The notes under the pieces: model-generated
The model's input: only the letters and a program-made list of their open reading frames with translations
What the model was told of the DNA's origin: nothing
Databases searched by the model: none
Program-made: the position numbers and the translations under genes
Part shown: one piece after another, positions 48,102 to 58,488 of the stretch
How the letters are laid out: every line of letters begins with the position of its first letter
Position numbering within the stretch: position 1 is the first letter of the stretch
Source of the DNA: Bdellovibrionota bacterium
Lineage (GTDB): Bacteria > Bdellovibrionota_C > UBA2361 > JBIKUX01
Direction of reading: 5' to 3'
NCBI GenBank assembly: GCA_044347345.1
Contig: JBIKUX010000007.1
Span: 1 to 64,000, forward strand
Length of the DNA stretch: 64,000 bases

Positions 48102-49601
48102 TTATATTTGGCTTAGAAACATATCAAGCGCCACACCAGCCCCTTTATCTCGGATCACTTGGGCCCACTTTGAGGCTGAACTTCGGAAATTTTGTTCGTT
48201 CACTAGAGCCCCAAAGATATCTTCTTGGTCAAGAAACCTTTCAATACCGCCTATTGCGGCGCTACGCAATTGCTCCGTCATGGGATCATCAATATGAGAG
48301 CTACCTCCATTTGCATCATCAACAATGAGAAAGTTCCACCAACTTGCTACGACAAGCGCCGCCACCGGACACTGCCTTTTTTCATAGATCGCATCGACCA
48401 CCACCGGAAGAATAAAGCGAGGTATTTTCGCCGAGCCATCCTTACAGATTCGTAGTACGTGATCCTTAATCGCTGGATTTCGAAACCTCTCAATTAACGT
48501 CTCACAATACTCACCAACATCTATACCAGGAACAGGGTCAAGGGTTGGAAGAGCCTCATGCGTCATGTAGTGCGCCAGCAAACGACGGAATCTCTCATCC
48601 TGCGCAACTTGAAAGATGTATTCAAAGTTAAGGAGATACCCCAGATATCCCATTGCAGAATGGGAAGCATTGAGAAGACGTAATTTCATCTTCTCAAAGG
48701 GCGCGACATCGTCAGTAAATTGCACGCCGACCTTCTCCAAATCTGGCCGCCCGAGAGAGAAGGAATCTTCAATAACCCACTGACAAAACGGTTCTGCTAC
48801 GACAGGACAATGGTCTATCACACCGTAACAGGACTCCAAATGAGCCTTATCATCATCAGTCGTAGCTGGAGTTATTCGATCCACCATCGAGCTAGGAAAG
48901 GCACCACGCAAAGATAACCACTCACCGAGGGAGGGATCCAATAATTCACAGAAAGAAAGCATAGCACGCCGGCAGACACGCCCGTTTTCCTGAAGGTTGT
49001 CGCAAGACAGAATCGTAAAAGGTTCAATCCCTCTTTCCTTTCGGTGCATCAAGCCTGCGGCAAGATAACCGAAAACAGAACGAGGCGACTCCGGATTATC
49101 GATATCATGCTGAATATCAATATCGTCTCTCAGAAATTCACCCGTGCCAAGGTTCATTTTGTAACCGCCTTCTGTAATTGTAAGGGTGACAAGTTTGGTA
49201 ACAGGCGAGGCGAGGCGCTCGATAAACTCCTTTTGAGCATCAGGAGCCACAACCATCCCAACATGAGAACCAATTACTCTTAGCTTATCTCCGGATTCAC
49301 CTTTTTCTAAAAGACAGTACAAATAGTCTTGACTAGCCATCGCCTTCTGCATAATCCGGTCATGGGTGAGAACACCTGCACCGAAAATACCCCAATTCAG
49401 ATCCGCAGTCTCACGGAAATAACGGTCAAAATAGTACGCTTGGTGCGAGCGATGAAAAGCGCCAACGCCTATGTGAACAACACTAGGAATAAGAGCCTCT
49501 CTATTGTAGAGAGGCACGTCAGCCGCGTGAGCTAACTCCCCCAAAGAGGAGCTACAAACAGTTAAGAGAGGTAATACAGATGCAGTCTGTGAATCGCTCA
49601 T
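48102..49601 (-). CDS. mtlK: Mannitol 2-dehydrogenase (polyol-specific long-chain dehydrogenase family)
   Basis: VHIGVGAFHRSHQA, LTITEGGY, SCDNLQENG, SMVDRITP, EPFCQWVIED, KLRLLNASH. Confidence 0.9.
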   Translation of the reverse strand: MSDSQTASVLPLLTVCSSSLGELAHAADVPLYNREALIPSVVHIGVGAFHRSHQAYYFDRYFRETADLNWGIFGAGVLTHDRIMQKAMASQDYLYCLLEKGESGDKLRVIGSHVGMVVAPDAQKEFIERLASPVTKLVTLTITEGGYKMNLGTGEFLRDDIDIQHDIDNPESPRSVFGYLAAGLMHRKERGIEPFTILSCDNLQENGRVCRRAMLSFCELLDPSLGEWLSLRGAFPSSMVDRITPATTDDDKAHLESCYGVIDHCPVVAEPFCQWVIEDSFSLGRPDLEKVGVQFTDDVAPFEKMKLRLLNASHSAMGYLGYLLNFEYIFQVAQDERFRRLLAHYMTHEALPTLDPVPGIDVGEYCETLIERFRNPAIKDHVLRICKDGSAKIPRFILPVVVDAIYEKRQCPVAALVVASWWNFLIVDDANGGSSHIDDPMTEQLRSAAIGGIERFLDQEDIFGALVNEQNFRSSASKWAQVIRDKGAGVALDMFLSQI

Positions 49602-49873
49602 GGGGCTCCGAGTCTTATACGTCAGATTGTGAAATATCAAACACCGTATAAATACTTGATCCGCGGCCAAAAATCAATGACAAACCGTCTGTCTAAACCA
49701 ATTAGCCTGACCACCTAGGGCCAGTGCACGCAATTCACGCCCCCTGTGGCAGTACGCCTTACTTCTCAAAAAAAAGTTCGGTCACATCCGTCATACTTCC
49801 ACAGAAACAAGCCACGCACTAAAAGGTTCGCAGAGGGCCTCTCCAAGAATCAACCTCTGCCAAAGCGGCTCTC

Positions 49874-51727
49874 TCAGTTCGCAAAATAATCGGTTGGGCA
49901 CTTCAAAGGATTTACGATGGACCGACTAACCTCAAGGACCCTCTGGGAAGCCTGACCGTTAGGCTGTGCTCGAAGCGCAATAAAGTACTCAGTCAAACGT
50001 TGACGAAAGGAAGGAAGCTCTGACACCAGAATCTCACGCCCATCAGACGATGCGAAGCCCGTCCCAAATAGCCACGATTCCTGGTCAAGGAGCGCCTCAA
50101 TACCAGCAGTCTCTTGAGCGTCCAAGAGCATCGTCCGAGAATCAGCTAAACCTGCATTACCCGACTGAAAAACCTCTACCGCGGCTAAACTACTGGCTCT
50201 CGCATAGGTAGCGGCAATCTGGGCAACCTTTTCGGGAGAGTCATCTTGAAGCTGCACGGCAGCGCCAGTCTCGTCCATTTGGTCAAGCAGAGTGCGGAGA
50301 TAGCACGCGTAGGTGAGGGTAAGGGCCTTAGCAGATTCAGTATCATCAGAAAGCGCTGCGATAGCAGCGCCAATACGATTGGGCATCTTGGAGGTACCCT
50401 TATTATTGAGACGATTCAATGTGTTTACTCCGCTTATAAAAGCATTTCTTCGCCGCGCTTGCACCTCTTCAATGAAACAATGAATTTCCGGCCTTTTAAG
50501 ACCGCCCACACCTCGACCTAACTCTGTGGTCAAAACAGCCTCCTCGAGAGCCTGAAACGACGGGAACGACAAGAACTCACCGAGAGTTGAAAAACCAGCT
50601 CGAGTACCAAGCTGACCAGCTATTACGTCCAGCGAGTTTATAAGACGGCTCTTCATGTGCACGTGGGCAGCAACACTAGGTACTTGACTTACGCCAGAAA
50701 CCAGCGAAAAGTCCGGGATAACAACTTGTCCCTCATTGAGATATCCTGCTGGATCTTCCACCTCATACTTTAAGCATCGATGCCTTTCGGTAACGACTGC
50801 TATCCCGTCGCTAATGCCAGACGGATGGTACATCCATGACTTATCAACGGTATCTTGCTGGGGCGTAATTCGATCGACGACTGTAGACAGGACAGGCAAT
50901 TTTTTCCATATAAAATCAGCAAATCCTTTAAGCTGTCCTTCTGTTATCTGCTCCTCAAGCTGAGCTGCCATGTTACTCAAGGCCACGCGTAAAATATCAC
51001 CATTAAGCCAAGGAGGAGTATTGTCCAAGGACATAACAACGAGAGGAGGTCTATTCTGCACAAATCTCTGAGCCAACTCTTCGACCACGGGAGCAAGGGC
51101 AGTCCGATATCCTGCCCCATTTCCAATCCTCTCAAAACCAACGCGACCAACTCGCTCAACAAGGGTGGCAACGTCTTCCCTAATCTCGTCACAGGTCCGG
51201 AGCCTTCCCTCCCGAGGATCCCCATCGACAAAATAGGCCCCTTGAGTCACCGTAAAAGTCGCCATATCAGCAGACTCAAGGTAGTTAGCGAGTATCTGCG
51301 GATCAGTAGGACCGTGAACCGAAGCTACCACCGACCCAACCAAGGATACCTCGCGGCTATCATTTTCGACAGCGCCCACGGTGTAGAGGTGATTCTGCTT
51401 TCGAAGTTGCTGAACTTTTTCCGGCGAGCGCATGCTTACCGCCACTATCCCCCAAGACGGCTCTTGAAGCCATCTAGCCTGTGCACAATTTAAGTCTTCA
51501 ATTATGGTGCCTAAATGAGCCGCAAAAAAATTACTAATGCCAAAATGGACGATGCGAGGATTAAGCTGAGCACGCGAGTACGGCAGATACGATTCGGGGT
51601 CAACTCTGTCAGAGCTGATGTGATTAGAATCACCAATGCCCCCACTAGCTCCCACAGCTAATTGGTTATACCCACCTAGGTCTAAAATATAAGATGTGAC
51701 TGGTTCATGGCTGGATTGATTGAACAC
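49874..51727 (-). CDS. Strongly diverged mannitol dehydrogenase-family protein
   Basis: IVHFGISNFFAAH, WGIVAVSMRS, SLDN, VVDRITP, KSRLINSLD; long intact frame with insertions. Confidence 0.75.
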   Translation of the reverse strand: MFNQSSHEPVTSYILDLGGYNQLAVGASGGIGDSNHISSDRVDPESYLPYSRAQLNPRIVHFGISNFFAAHLGTIIEDLNCAQARWLQEPSWGIVAVSMRSPEKVQQLRKQNHLYTVGAVENDSREVSLVGSVVASVHGPTDPQILANYLESADMATFTVTQGAYFVDGDPREGRLRTCDEIREDVATLVERVGRVGFERIGNGAGYRTALAPVVEELAQRFVQNRPPLVVMSLDNTPPWLNGDILRVALSNMAAQLEEQITEGQLKGFADFIWKKLPVLSTVVDRITPQQDTVDKSWMYHPSGISDGIAVVTERHRCLKYEVEDPAGYLNEGQVVIPDFSLVSGVSQVPSVAAHVHMKSRLINSLDVIAGQLGTRAGFSTLGEFLSFPSFQALEEAVLTTELGRGVGGLKRPEIHCFIEEVQARRRNAFISGVNTLNRLNNKGTSKMPNRIGAAIAALSDDTESAKALTLTYACYLRTLLDQMDETGAAVQLQDDSPEKVAQIAATYARASSLAAVEVFQSGNAGLADSRTMLLDAQETAGIEALLDQESWLFGTGFASSDGREILVSELPSFRQRLTEYFIALRAQPNGQASQRVLEVSRSIVNPLKCPTDYFAN

Positions 51728-52081
51728 TATCCCTCATGCGGACTTCAACTACGACAGAGCCAAGCAATGCACAAGAAAAGTGGCTAGCGAGGCTGTGAAC
51801 TGAGAGCGAAAAACGGGAAGTGCTAACGCTTAGGTAATACACTGTAAAAATTACCTAACTAACCTGATTATTATGTGTGTAGGCGACAGAATTGTAAAGG
51901 CCTTAGAGTGCATTTTCTGTTTTTCTACCAGCGGTAGATAAATCGAACTTCTTAGGAAGTTAATCTAGAAGCGACTGGCCGAACACCCCCTATCGCTTCA
52001 ACCAGCGGTTATTGACAGACTACGGGTGAAGTTTTTACCATACTTCGCTTAAGAACCCCATTCCTCTAAAAAGGCCAAGTT

Positions 52082-52990
52082 ATGATTAGGACGTCTCCAG
52101 TAGTATGTTTCGGAGAAGTCCTGTGGGACTGTCTCCCCGACAAAAAAGTCCTAGGTGGCGCGCCCGCTAATGTAGCGGTGCGTTTATCACAGCTTGGTTT
52201 ACCAGCATTTCTGGTGAGCGCTGTAGGTGAGGATAATGCTGGCAGGGATATAATCAAAGAGCTCAGCGAGCTTGGAGTGGATACCCGGCATGTTCAATGT
52301 AATTCGCAAAAAACAGGAAGGGTCGAAGTAACGCTAAGTGACGACAAAAACCCGCGGTTTGTTATTGAACAAGATGTTGCTTACGACTATATAAGACCTG
52401 AAGTTGAGCTTGAAGCGCTGCTGTCATCTTGCTCAGTCCTAGTATTCGGCACACTTGCGCAAAGGTCCCCGCAAACGGCATCGACACTATTTTGGCTTAT
52501 GGAGAGAGCTCCTCAAGCGACTAAAGTTCTGGACGTAAATCTTCGAAAAGACTGCTACAGCGCAGAGTCAATCAAAAAATCTCTCGAAGCCACCGATATA
52601 GTAAAGCTTAACGAGACAGAACTTCTCATTCTGTCTGATCTTCTTAAAATTTCGTCTGATCGCGGACATCATAATTTTCTGAAGCTACTAAATGAGCAGT
52701 TTTCTTTGCAAGGTTCGATTCTTACCCGCGGTGAAAAGGGAGTCTTCTGCCTTACCAAAGAAAACCAGGAAATAGTTGTACCGGCTAAATCCATCTCCGT
52801 TGTTGACACTATCGGAGCTGGCGATGCCTTCACCGCTGGACTGGCGAGCGGCCTGTACCACAAGTTTTCTTTGGAGCGATGCTGTATGATTGGAAATGAA
52901 ATGGGTGCCGCTGCCGCACAATCCGAAGGTGGCACCGGGAGGCTGCCAAAAGATTTCGATATACCAGCTCTCTTCGAAAAGGTTGATTAA
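52082..52990 (+). CDS. Fructokinase-like PfkB carbohydrate kinase
   Basis: FGEVLWD, GGAPANVA, FGTLAQR, DVNLR, VKLNETE, DTIGAGDAF. Confidence 0.88.
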   Translation: MIRTSPVVCFGEVLWDCLPDKKVLGGAPANVAVRLSQLGLPAFLVSAVGEDNAGRDIIKELSELGVDTRHVQCNSQKTGRVEVTLSDDKNPRFVIEQDVAYDYIRPEVELEALLSSCSVLVFGTLAQRSPQTASTLFWLMERAPQATKVLDVNLRKDCYSAESIKKSLEATDIVKLNETELLILSDLLKISSDRGHHNFLKLLNEQFSLQGSILTRGEKGVFCLTKENQEIVVPAKSISVVDTIGAGDAFTAGLASGLYHKFSLERCCMIGNEMGAAAAQSEGGTGRLPKDFDIPALFEKVD

Positions 52991-53206
52991 GAGCAGATCA
53001 TCCAACTATTTTCCGGCGCAGATGTGAGCCTTTAGAAGTGGTGACACTATAGAACCCGAGGTGGCTTCACCCACCGAGCTTTAGGTTCGGTGCAACCTTC
53101 ATAATCAAACATATCCCCACTGCACTGGCATCCCCGCCAAAAACATCCCACCTAATAATGGCATTAACGCCATTTCTTCCCCCCTTTTTTTGGTACACTG
53201 CCCAGT

Positions 53207-54571
53207 ATGTAGCGGGAAATACTTACGAGCTTAGAACTTTGGCGGGCGGGCTCCTTTGGGGGTTCGAAAGCCTCTGGTTCTGCGCGGGGCGCGGCAGACG
53301 GGGAAGTCGTTTATTGTGCACGCCTTTGGCAGCCAGGCGTACCGCAAAGTGCATGTGGTCGACTTTCGCGTCTAACGTAACTTGCGCGAAGTGTTTCAGC
53401 ATACGCTCGAGCCAGCATCTATCCTCCGTTAGCTCGAATTCACGTTAAATGAAACAATCGACCCGTCCCAAGACTTGGTCTTTTTTGATGAAATCCAAGA
53501 CGCGCCGGGGGCGGCTGCCCGGGGGTCTGTAGGCTCGTTTAAGTATTTTAAGGAGAACGCGCCCGAGCTACACATCATCGGGGCTGGTTCTCATATCGGC
53601 CTTACCAAAAATGAGGAGCCTTTTCCCGTCGGTGCAGTGTCTTTTTTGACTATGTATCCGATGTCTTTCTATGAGTTTCTCAAGGCTATTTAGAATCGGG
53701 TGCTGCCGGAGTTAGAGTCCATCTCGTTGACAGCGCTCAAACCTATTCCAACGGTAATCCACCAGCACCTCCTCAGTCGGTGGCGTGAGTATCTTGTGGT
53801 GAGTGGATTGCCCCGGAAGGTCGTAGCCACCTACATTGCGATGAACGCTGCAAGCCCGTTAGAGCGATTTAACGCAGTGCGCGAGAAACAGTATGCTCTC
53901 ATCGAGGGATATCGCAGCGATTTTTCGAAACACTCAGGAACGGTCAATGCCAATCATATCGACCACGTTTTCACGGCAGTTCCGCATCAACTCTCAACGT
54001 CGCTCGATACTTCGGCCAAACGATTCCAGTTTGCCGGGATAATTCCCCAACAAGCCCGCTTTCGAAATTTAAGGGATCCGATCGGCTGGTACAAAAAAGC
54101 CCGGCTTGTCATCCCCACACTGATTGCCAATTCTGGCGAGCAACCACTTACGCACACACATTGCTGAGAATCAATTTAAGCTCTATCTGTTCGACATCGT
54201 CTTGTTGCATGCCATGCTACAGGTTCCAATCGCCCTGTTGCTGCACAACGAGCTAAGCTCATATTAGAAAGGCTTTATCGTTAGAAAACTTTGTTGCTCA
54301 AGAGTTGCTCCAAGGCAATGAGGACGACCTTATCACTTGGCAACAAGGCGAGGCTGAAGTGGAATTTCCTGGGGTGGAATTTCTTACCCACAGCCCCTTA
54401 GGCGATGTAATACCTATAGAGGTCAAATCATCGGAACGGAGCCGCAAAGCAAAAAGCCTCGACTCATTTATTACTCGCTATAAACCGAATCAGGCCTATA
54501 AGATCACCGACCAAAATATCGGGGTAACATCGGGTAAGGTGATTACAACTCTGCCTGCTGCATCTGGCTAG
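53207..54571 (+). pseudogene. AAA-family ATPase with DUF4143 domain, multiply disrupted
   Basis: Pieces RKPLVLRGARQ, FFDEIQD, FPVGAV..MYPMSFYEFL, FKLYLFD, IPIEVKS separated by stops and frameshifts. Confidence 0.85.
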
Positions 54572-54639
54572 GTTATTGCGAAGTCACGGCTAAGTACATC
54601 GGCTAACTACCCTCCCCACTCATACATACTCGGCACAAG

Positions 54640-54995
54640 CGCCTTCAAAAACACCTCGACGGGTAAACCTCACACCATCAACTGTAAGCATCTCGTCACC
54701 GCGATACAAACAGAAACGCTGCGCTTCTGGATACGCCTTGCCGAACGCATGTAATCCTTTGAGATCTGAAACAATCAAGGAGGCGAGAATGTTTAACCTC
54801 TATCGCGACGAAAAGGTTTGAGCCGTGCACTATAAAGTCAACTTCTAGGCCAGACTGTGTGCGCCAGAAAGTAGCTGTATGAGGCTCAAGTAAATACGCT
54901 GACCATGCCCACAGATGTTGGGCTACAAGCCCTTCTAGCGCGGCCCTGGCCATGAGTGAATTAAATATCCCGGCATCAAAGAGATAGAACTTAGT
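54640..54995 (-). pseudogene. C-terminal DUF4143 fragment of a second AAA ATPase
   Basis: KFYLFDAGIF, ALEGLVAQHL, FWRTQSGLEVDFIV, AIEVK; 5' part replaced by an IS91 remnant. Ends approximate. Confidence 0.75.
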
Positions 54996-55001
54996 GGTGG
55001 G

Positions 55002-55353
55002 GCTGGCTGGCACGCAGTGCACCGCGCTTTTGAGCAGTGCACCGCGCTTTTGAGCAACCATGCTCGAGCACTACGCAGTCAAGGTATGAATGAAGCACTT
55101 CACGTACTTCATCGCGTAATGCTTCCGTACTGCTGCTGGAACCGCTCCTCCCACCACCATTCAAGTTGCTCGTGACAGTGGTACACAAGTCGGTAAAGGA
55201 CTGTATCAGTTGTGGGGCACGCCTGCGGTACCGCGAGCCGCGGGAACAACAAAATCACGGGAAGGTAAGTTCGGTGCAGGCGAGACCATACCGAACAAGA
55301 ATCGACAACTCCAAGAATGAATTGCTTGAGACGGGAGCTATATTCGACGGCAT
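55002..55353 (-). mobile_element. Inverted second copy of the IS91-family N-terminal remnant
   Basis: Reverse complement of 44725-45059 with few differences plus a 20-bp tandem duplication at 55014-55053. Confidence 0.85.
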
Positions 55354-55627
55354 GGTTAAATAGCCGGTAAGACGTCAATATTAATCGATTTGGCGTCCAA
55401 TTTATTCAGTAGTTTCATTAGGAGAAAAATTGGGATGATTGATACAGCGTTAGTTTCGGGGGGAGCAATTCGAGGTCTAGGAGCATCGAAATCGAGCTAC
55501 CAGACCACATGAGTTACGTGACGTGAAAGAAAAATCATAACCCCACTGATTTCAGCAGTCTTAGCTACTGGTGTAGGCGTTAGTGGGAGGTAAGGTAAGA
55601 TGAGGGGAATAAAATAAACAATCCCCC

Positions 55628-55915
55628 CTACTCCATGCAACGCTCCGGCAATGGCGGCGGCGGGAAAATACCCATTCTTACGTGCCAGTATGCCCAGGAG
55701 CGGGGGTCGATAATGCCCGCTGGAGCAGCGCGAAGGGCTGCCCGAAACTCATCGTCGCTTACATGCGCCCGGATACTTTTCATATCCTCATGAGTTGCAT
55801 AGCGCATGGCATACGCGAGAAATCGCACGGGTTGCGCAATCGCGACCATTGGCTCCTCAAACCAAATAATTCTGCGACTGATGGCAAGCAGTTCGGGGGT
55901 CGCTGGCAGATGCAT
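55628..55915 (-). CDS. Small partner protein of the AbiEii-type nucleotidyltransferase (putative antitoxin)
   Basis: Start directly abuts the upstream stop; RRIIWFEEP..IDPRSWAYWH pattern as recalled for partners of such NTases. Confidence 0.65.
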   Translation of the reverse strand: MHLPATPELLAISRRIIWFEEPMVAIAQPVRFLAYAMRYATHEDMKSIRAHVSDDEFRAALRAAPAGIIDPRSWAYWHVRMGIFPPPPLPERCME

Positions 55916-56587
55916 CTAATCCTCATCTCCCTTGTCAGGAGTCTTAAGCACGGAGAGCACAGGGATCTTGTCTAGTTCGGTATTATGCACCGCTTCGATA
56001 AGTCGAACTTTTAGCTCGTGCGGCAGCGACATTAGTGATTCTTCCTCGAAGTAGCAGAGGGCTTTAAGAGCACTTTGCGGAGCAAACGTATGCCCATACA
56101 GTGCTTGGCCTGCTGCAAGTATAGCAGGCAGTGCAATCCCGTGAGTAATCAGTGCGTCTATATCAATATAGTCTTTCGCCTCTGCCCGTTTCTGCACAAC
56201 TGCAGCCTTTGTTCCGGCAATATCAAGCAACGAAGCAACTCTCAATTGATTGTCTGGCGCAAACAAGGGGGGGCGCAGCAACGGCAGATGAGGCACGCCA
56301 AAGAAAGAGAGCTTTACCCACCCACCTCTTTCCACGCCGACGGTGAGAGTCTGCGGTGCCTTTTCCAAAATCGTCGCACCTTGCAGCAGCTCGAGAGCGA
56401 GCACTTCATCTGGATCAATTAATCTTGTGCCGAAAAAATTAAAATCAATAGACTCCCGATGCCCAAGATGAAGAGCAAGAGCGGTACCACCGTAAAGAGT
56501 GAACCATGGCGGAATCGCAACTAGCTCATGCCAAAGTTCTCTTTGGGGCGTAGGAAGTATCTGTAGCTGCGGAAGAAATGGTGCCAT
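55916..56587 (-). CDS. AbiEii/AbiGii-family nucleotidyltransferase
   Basis: LYGGTALALHLGHRESIDFNFF, KLSFF, DIAGTK, RAEAKDYIDI; start ATG 56587. Confidence 0.85.
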   Translation of the reverse strand: MAPFLPQLQILPTPQRELWHELVAIPPWFTLYGGTALALHLGHRESIDFNFFGTRLIDPDEVLALELLQGATILEKAPQTLTVGVERGGWVKLSFFGVPHLPLLRPPLFAPDNQLRVASLLDIAGTKAAVVQKRAEAKDYIDIDALITHGIALPAILAAGQALYGHTFAPQSALKALCYFEEESLMSLPHELKVRLIEAVHNTELDKIPVLSVLKTPDKGDED

Positions 56588-56655
56588 CGCCGCAAAGTAT
56601 ACTTCGTCTGTGGCCAGCGAGGCTAGATCGGAAGCCGCGCGTATTAAACCTTTGC

Positions 56656-56799
56656 GACTTTGAACCTCTAAGTCTCTGAGGGAAAGAGGTGGGGGGAAAG
56701 AGGTGGGGCTGAGGCGATACTCTTTATACCATCCGAAATGCCTTTCCGCCTGTAAGAACAACCTCGCGGGCCATACTAGTTCCGGAATTTTGCAAGAGC
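56656..56799 (+). repeat. Composite repeat: block A (56656-56708) joined to block B (56707-56799)
   Basis: A recurs at 62172-62253; B recurs at 63272-63364. Confidence 0.85.
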
Positions 56800-56911
56800 C
56801 TTCCTAATTAAACAAGTTTTTCAGATTTTCGGCCTACTTACTAACAAGAAGGGGGATTTTAGGTAAATATTGCTATAAAAAGAAAGCCCTTCATCACTGT
56901 ATTCGCCTTTT

Positions 56912-57841
56912 CTATTTCGCCGTCCAACACGATCGTAACGTTGCAATGACTTCGCCGTGGACGTTACCGAGTAGATCGTTGTGTCCGACGGCATCTTTAC
57001 GGAGAAATGTGGTACGCACAGAAGAATGTGCGGAGCGTAGGATTGATTCGCTGTGATGCGCGCCGATTATTCTATCCGCTGTACCATGAGCAATAATGGC
57101 GCACGCATCACGGAGCTGCGCTACATACTGGGCAGTCGGAAATTCATACCAAAGGAACGGCGCAAGGTGACCAATAAGTGCTGTTTCCGCTACCAGTTCT
57201 CCCAGGTGAGCATACGGCGCAAGCAGGATGATCCCGCCTGCCTGGTATTTGCCAGCCACATACGCAGCTACCCCTGTGCCTATTGAGTTACCGACGACCA
57301 GGAGCTGCTTGGCTGATGAGAGAGGTTCACGCTTCGATACAAGCTCAAACGCCGCATCGGCATCAGCGTAGAAACCTTTCTCTGAAGGCCATCCAGAAAA
57401 CCGGCCATGGTACCCCCGATATTCAACCGAATAACTCGTCACTCCAGCAGCTGCGAGCCACCGCTGCAAAGCAACAAAACTGCCGAGTGATTCGGCATTA
57501 CCATGAAATAGGAGCGCAACCGTGGGAGGGGCCTCACCAATCCATGCCTCTTTTGCTGTATGACGCCACACATGAACCGTCGCACCGTCCAAGGCCGTAG
57601 TAGACAGCGCCTCAACATCGGCAGGGGGGACACTCATTTGGTTAATCACCGAGCCAGTATACAGCCCGGGGAACAGGTGAAAGTCCTGGGTAACGACAAA
57701 GAATATCGCCATGACCACCGTCGCGATGCTACCGCGAAGCAGCACGAGTGGTGCCTGACGAAGGGCCCGAGCAAAAAAGCGTGGAGGAAGAACGATAGAC
57801 ATTCGGCTCCGCCTTATAAGAAGAATAGCAGAGTCAGCCAC
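56912..57841 (-). CDS. Alpha/beta hydrolase (Bem46/ABHD-like)
   Basis: FHGNAE, EYRGY, PSEKGFYAD, GNSIG nucleophile elbow, HGTADRII, GHNDL. Confidence 0.85.
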   Translation of the reverse strand: MADSAILLIRRSRMSIVLPPRFFARALRQAPLVLLRGSIATVVMAIFFVVTQDFHLFPGLYTGSVINQMSVPPADVEALSTTALDGATVHVWRHTAKEAWIGEAPPTVALLFHGNAESLGSFVALQRWLAAAGVTSYSVEYRGYHGRFSGWPSEKGFYADADAAFELVSKREPLSSAKQLLVVGNSIGTGVAAYVAGKYQAGGIILLAPYAHLGELVAETALIGHLAPFLWYEFPTAQYVAQLRDACAIIAHGTADRIIGAHHSESILRSAHSSVRTTFLRKDAVGHNDLLGNVHGEVIATLRSCWTAK

Positions 57842-58488
57842 GCTGTGGTGCGAATCATTCCGTTGCTGTTTTGATTTACTAACACGCCTGATTGATTCGA
57901 TTATTACTTAGCTGACCCCTTATTTAGACAGCAATCGATCCTTTCCTGTGTTCTGCCGATCGTGTGATCCTCCACTCATGATTGAAAAAGTGAGCTGCCT
58001 GCCGTGCGAGTAGGGCTTAGAAGAATTGGGGACACAGGCTAGTGTCTCTAATCTAAGATACTAATATGAGATACTAATATGAGACACCCAGATTAGCACT
58101 TAGAAAAAAATATAATCACAAATTTTTAGTGGGTTAGCCGAAAACGGGGCGTCGTTCTACAAAAACCGCCGAAGTCAGAAAAAAAACCAAGCGATCCGAC
58201 GACCAAGCAACCGATTGCTCCGAATTTGAAAATAGACTGCCACGCGTCGCCGCCGTACCTTTGTATTATCGCACTATTAAGTGAGCGTAGGTTCTCTTGC
58301 TCGACTAGCTATATTGACCCCATCCTGATGTTAGAAATTGCGGAAAATCCGAATAAAAAAAGTATGCAACTACTAAAGAAATTACAGCTATTTTTTTTTG
58401 AGTTCTCGCGCCTCTTTCTCTCAAAGGCGCCGTCTAAAAAAAAGCGATCAGCCAGAGTAACCGGTGTGGCCCAGAGGCAGCAACGGTT

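Noticed and set aside
53040..53054. GGTGACACTATAGAA matches the SP6 phage promoter core
   Set aside because: The upstream ATTTA is absent, there is no vector or phage context, and it was spotted post hoc; treated as coincidence.
56588..56761. N-terminal extension of the AbiEii ORF
   Set aside because: It runs through non-coding repeat blocks A and B; family similarity begins at ATG 56587.
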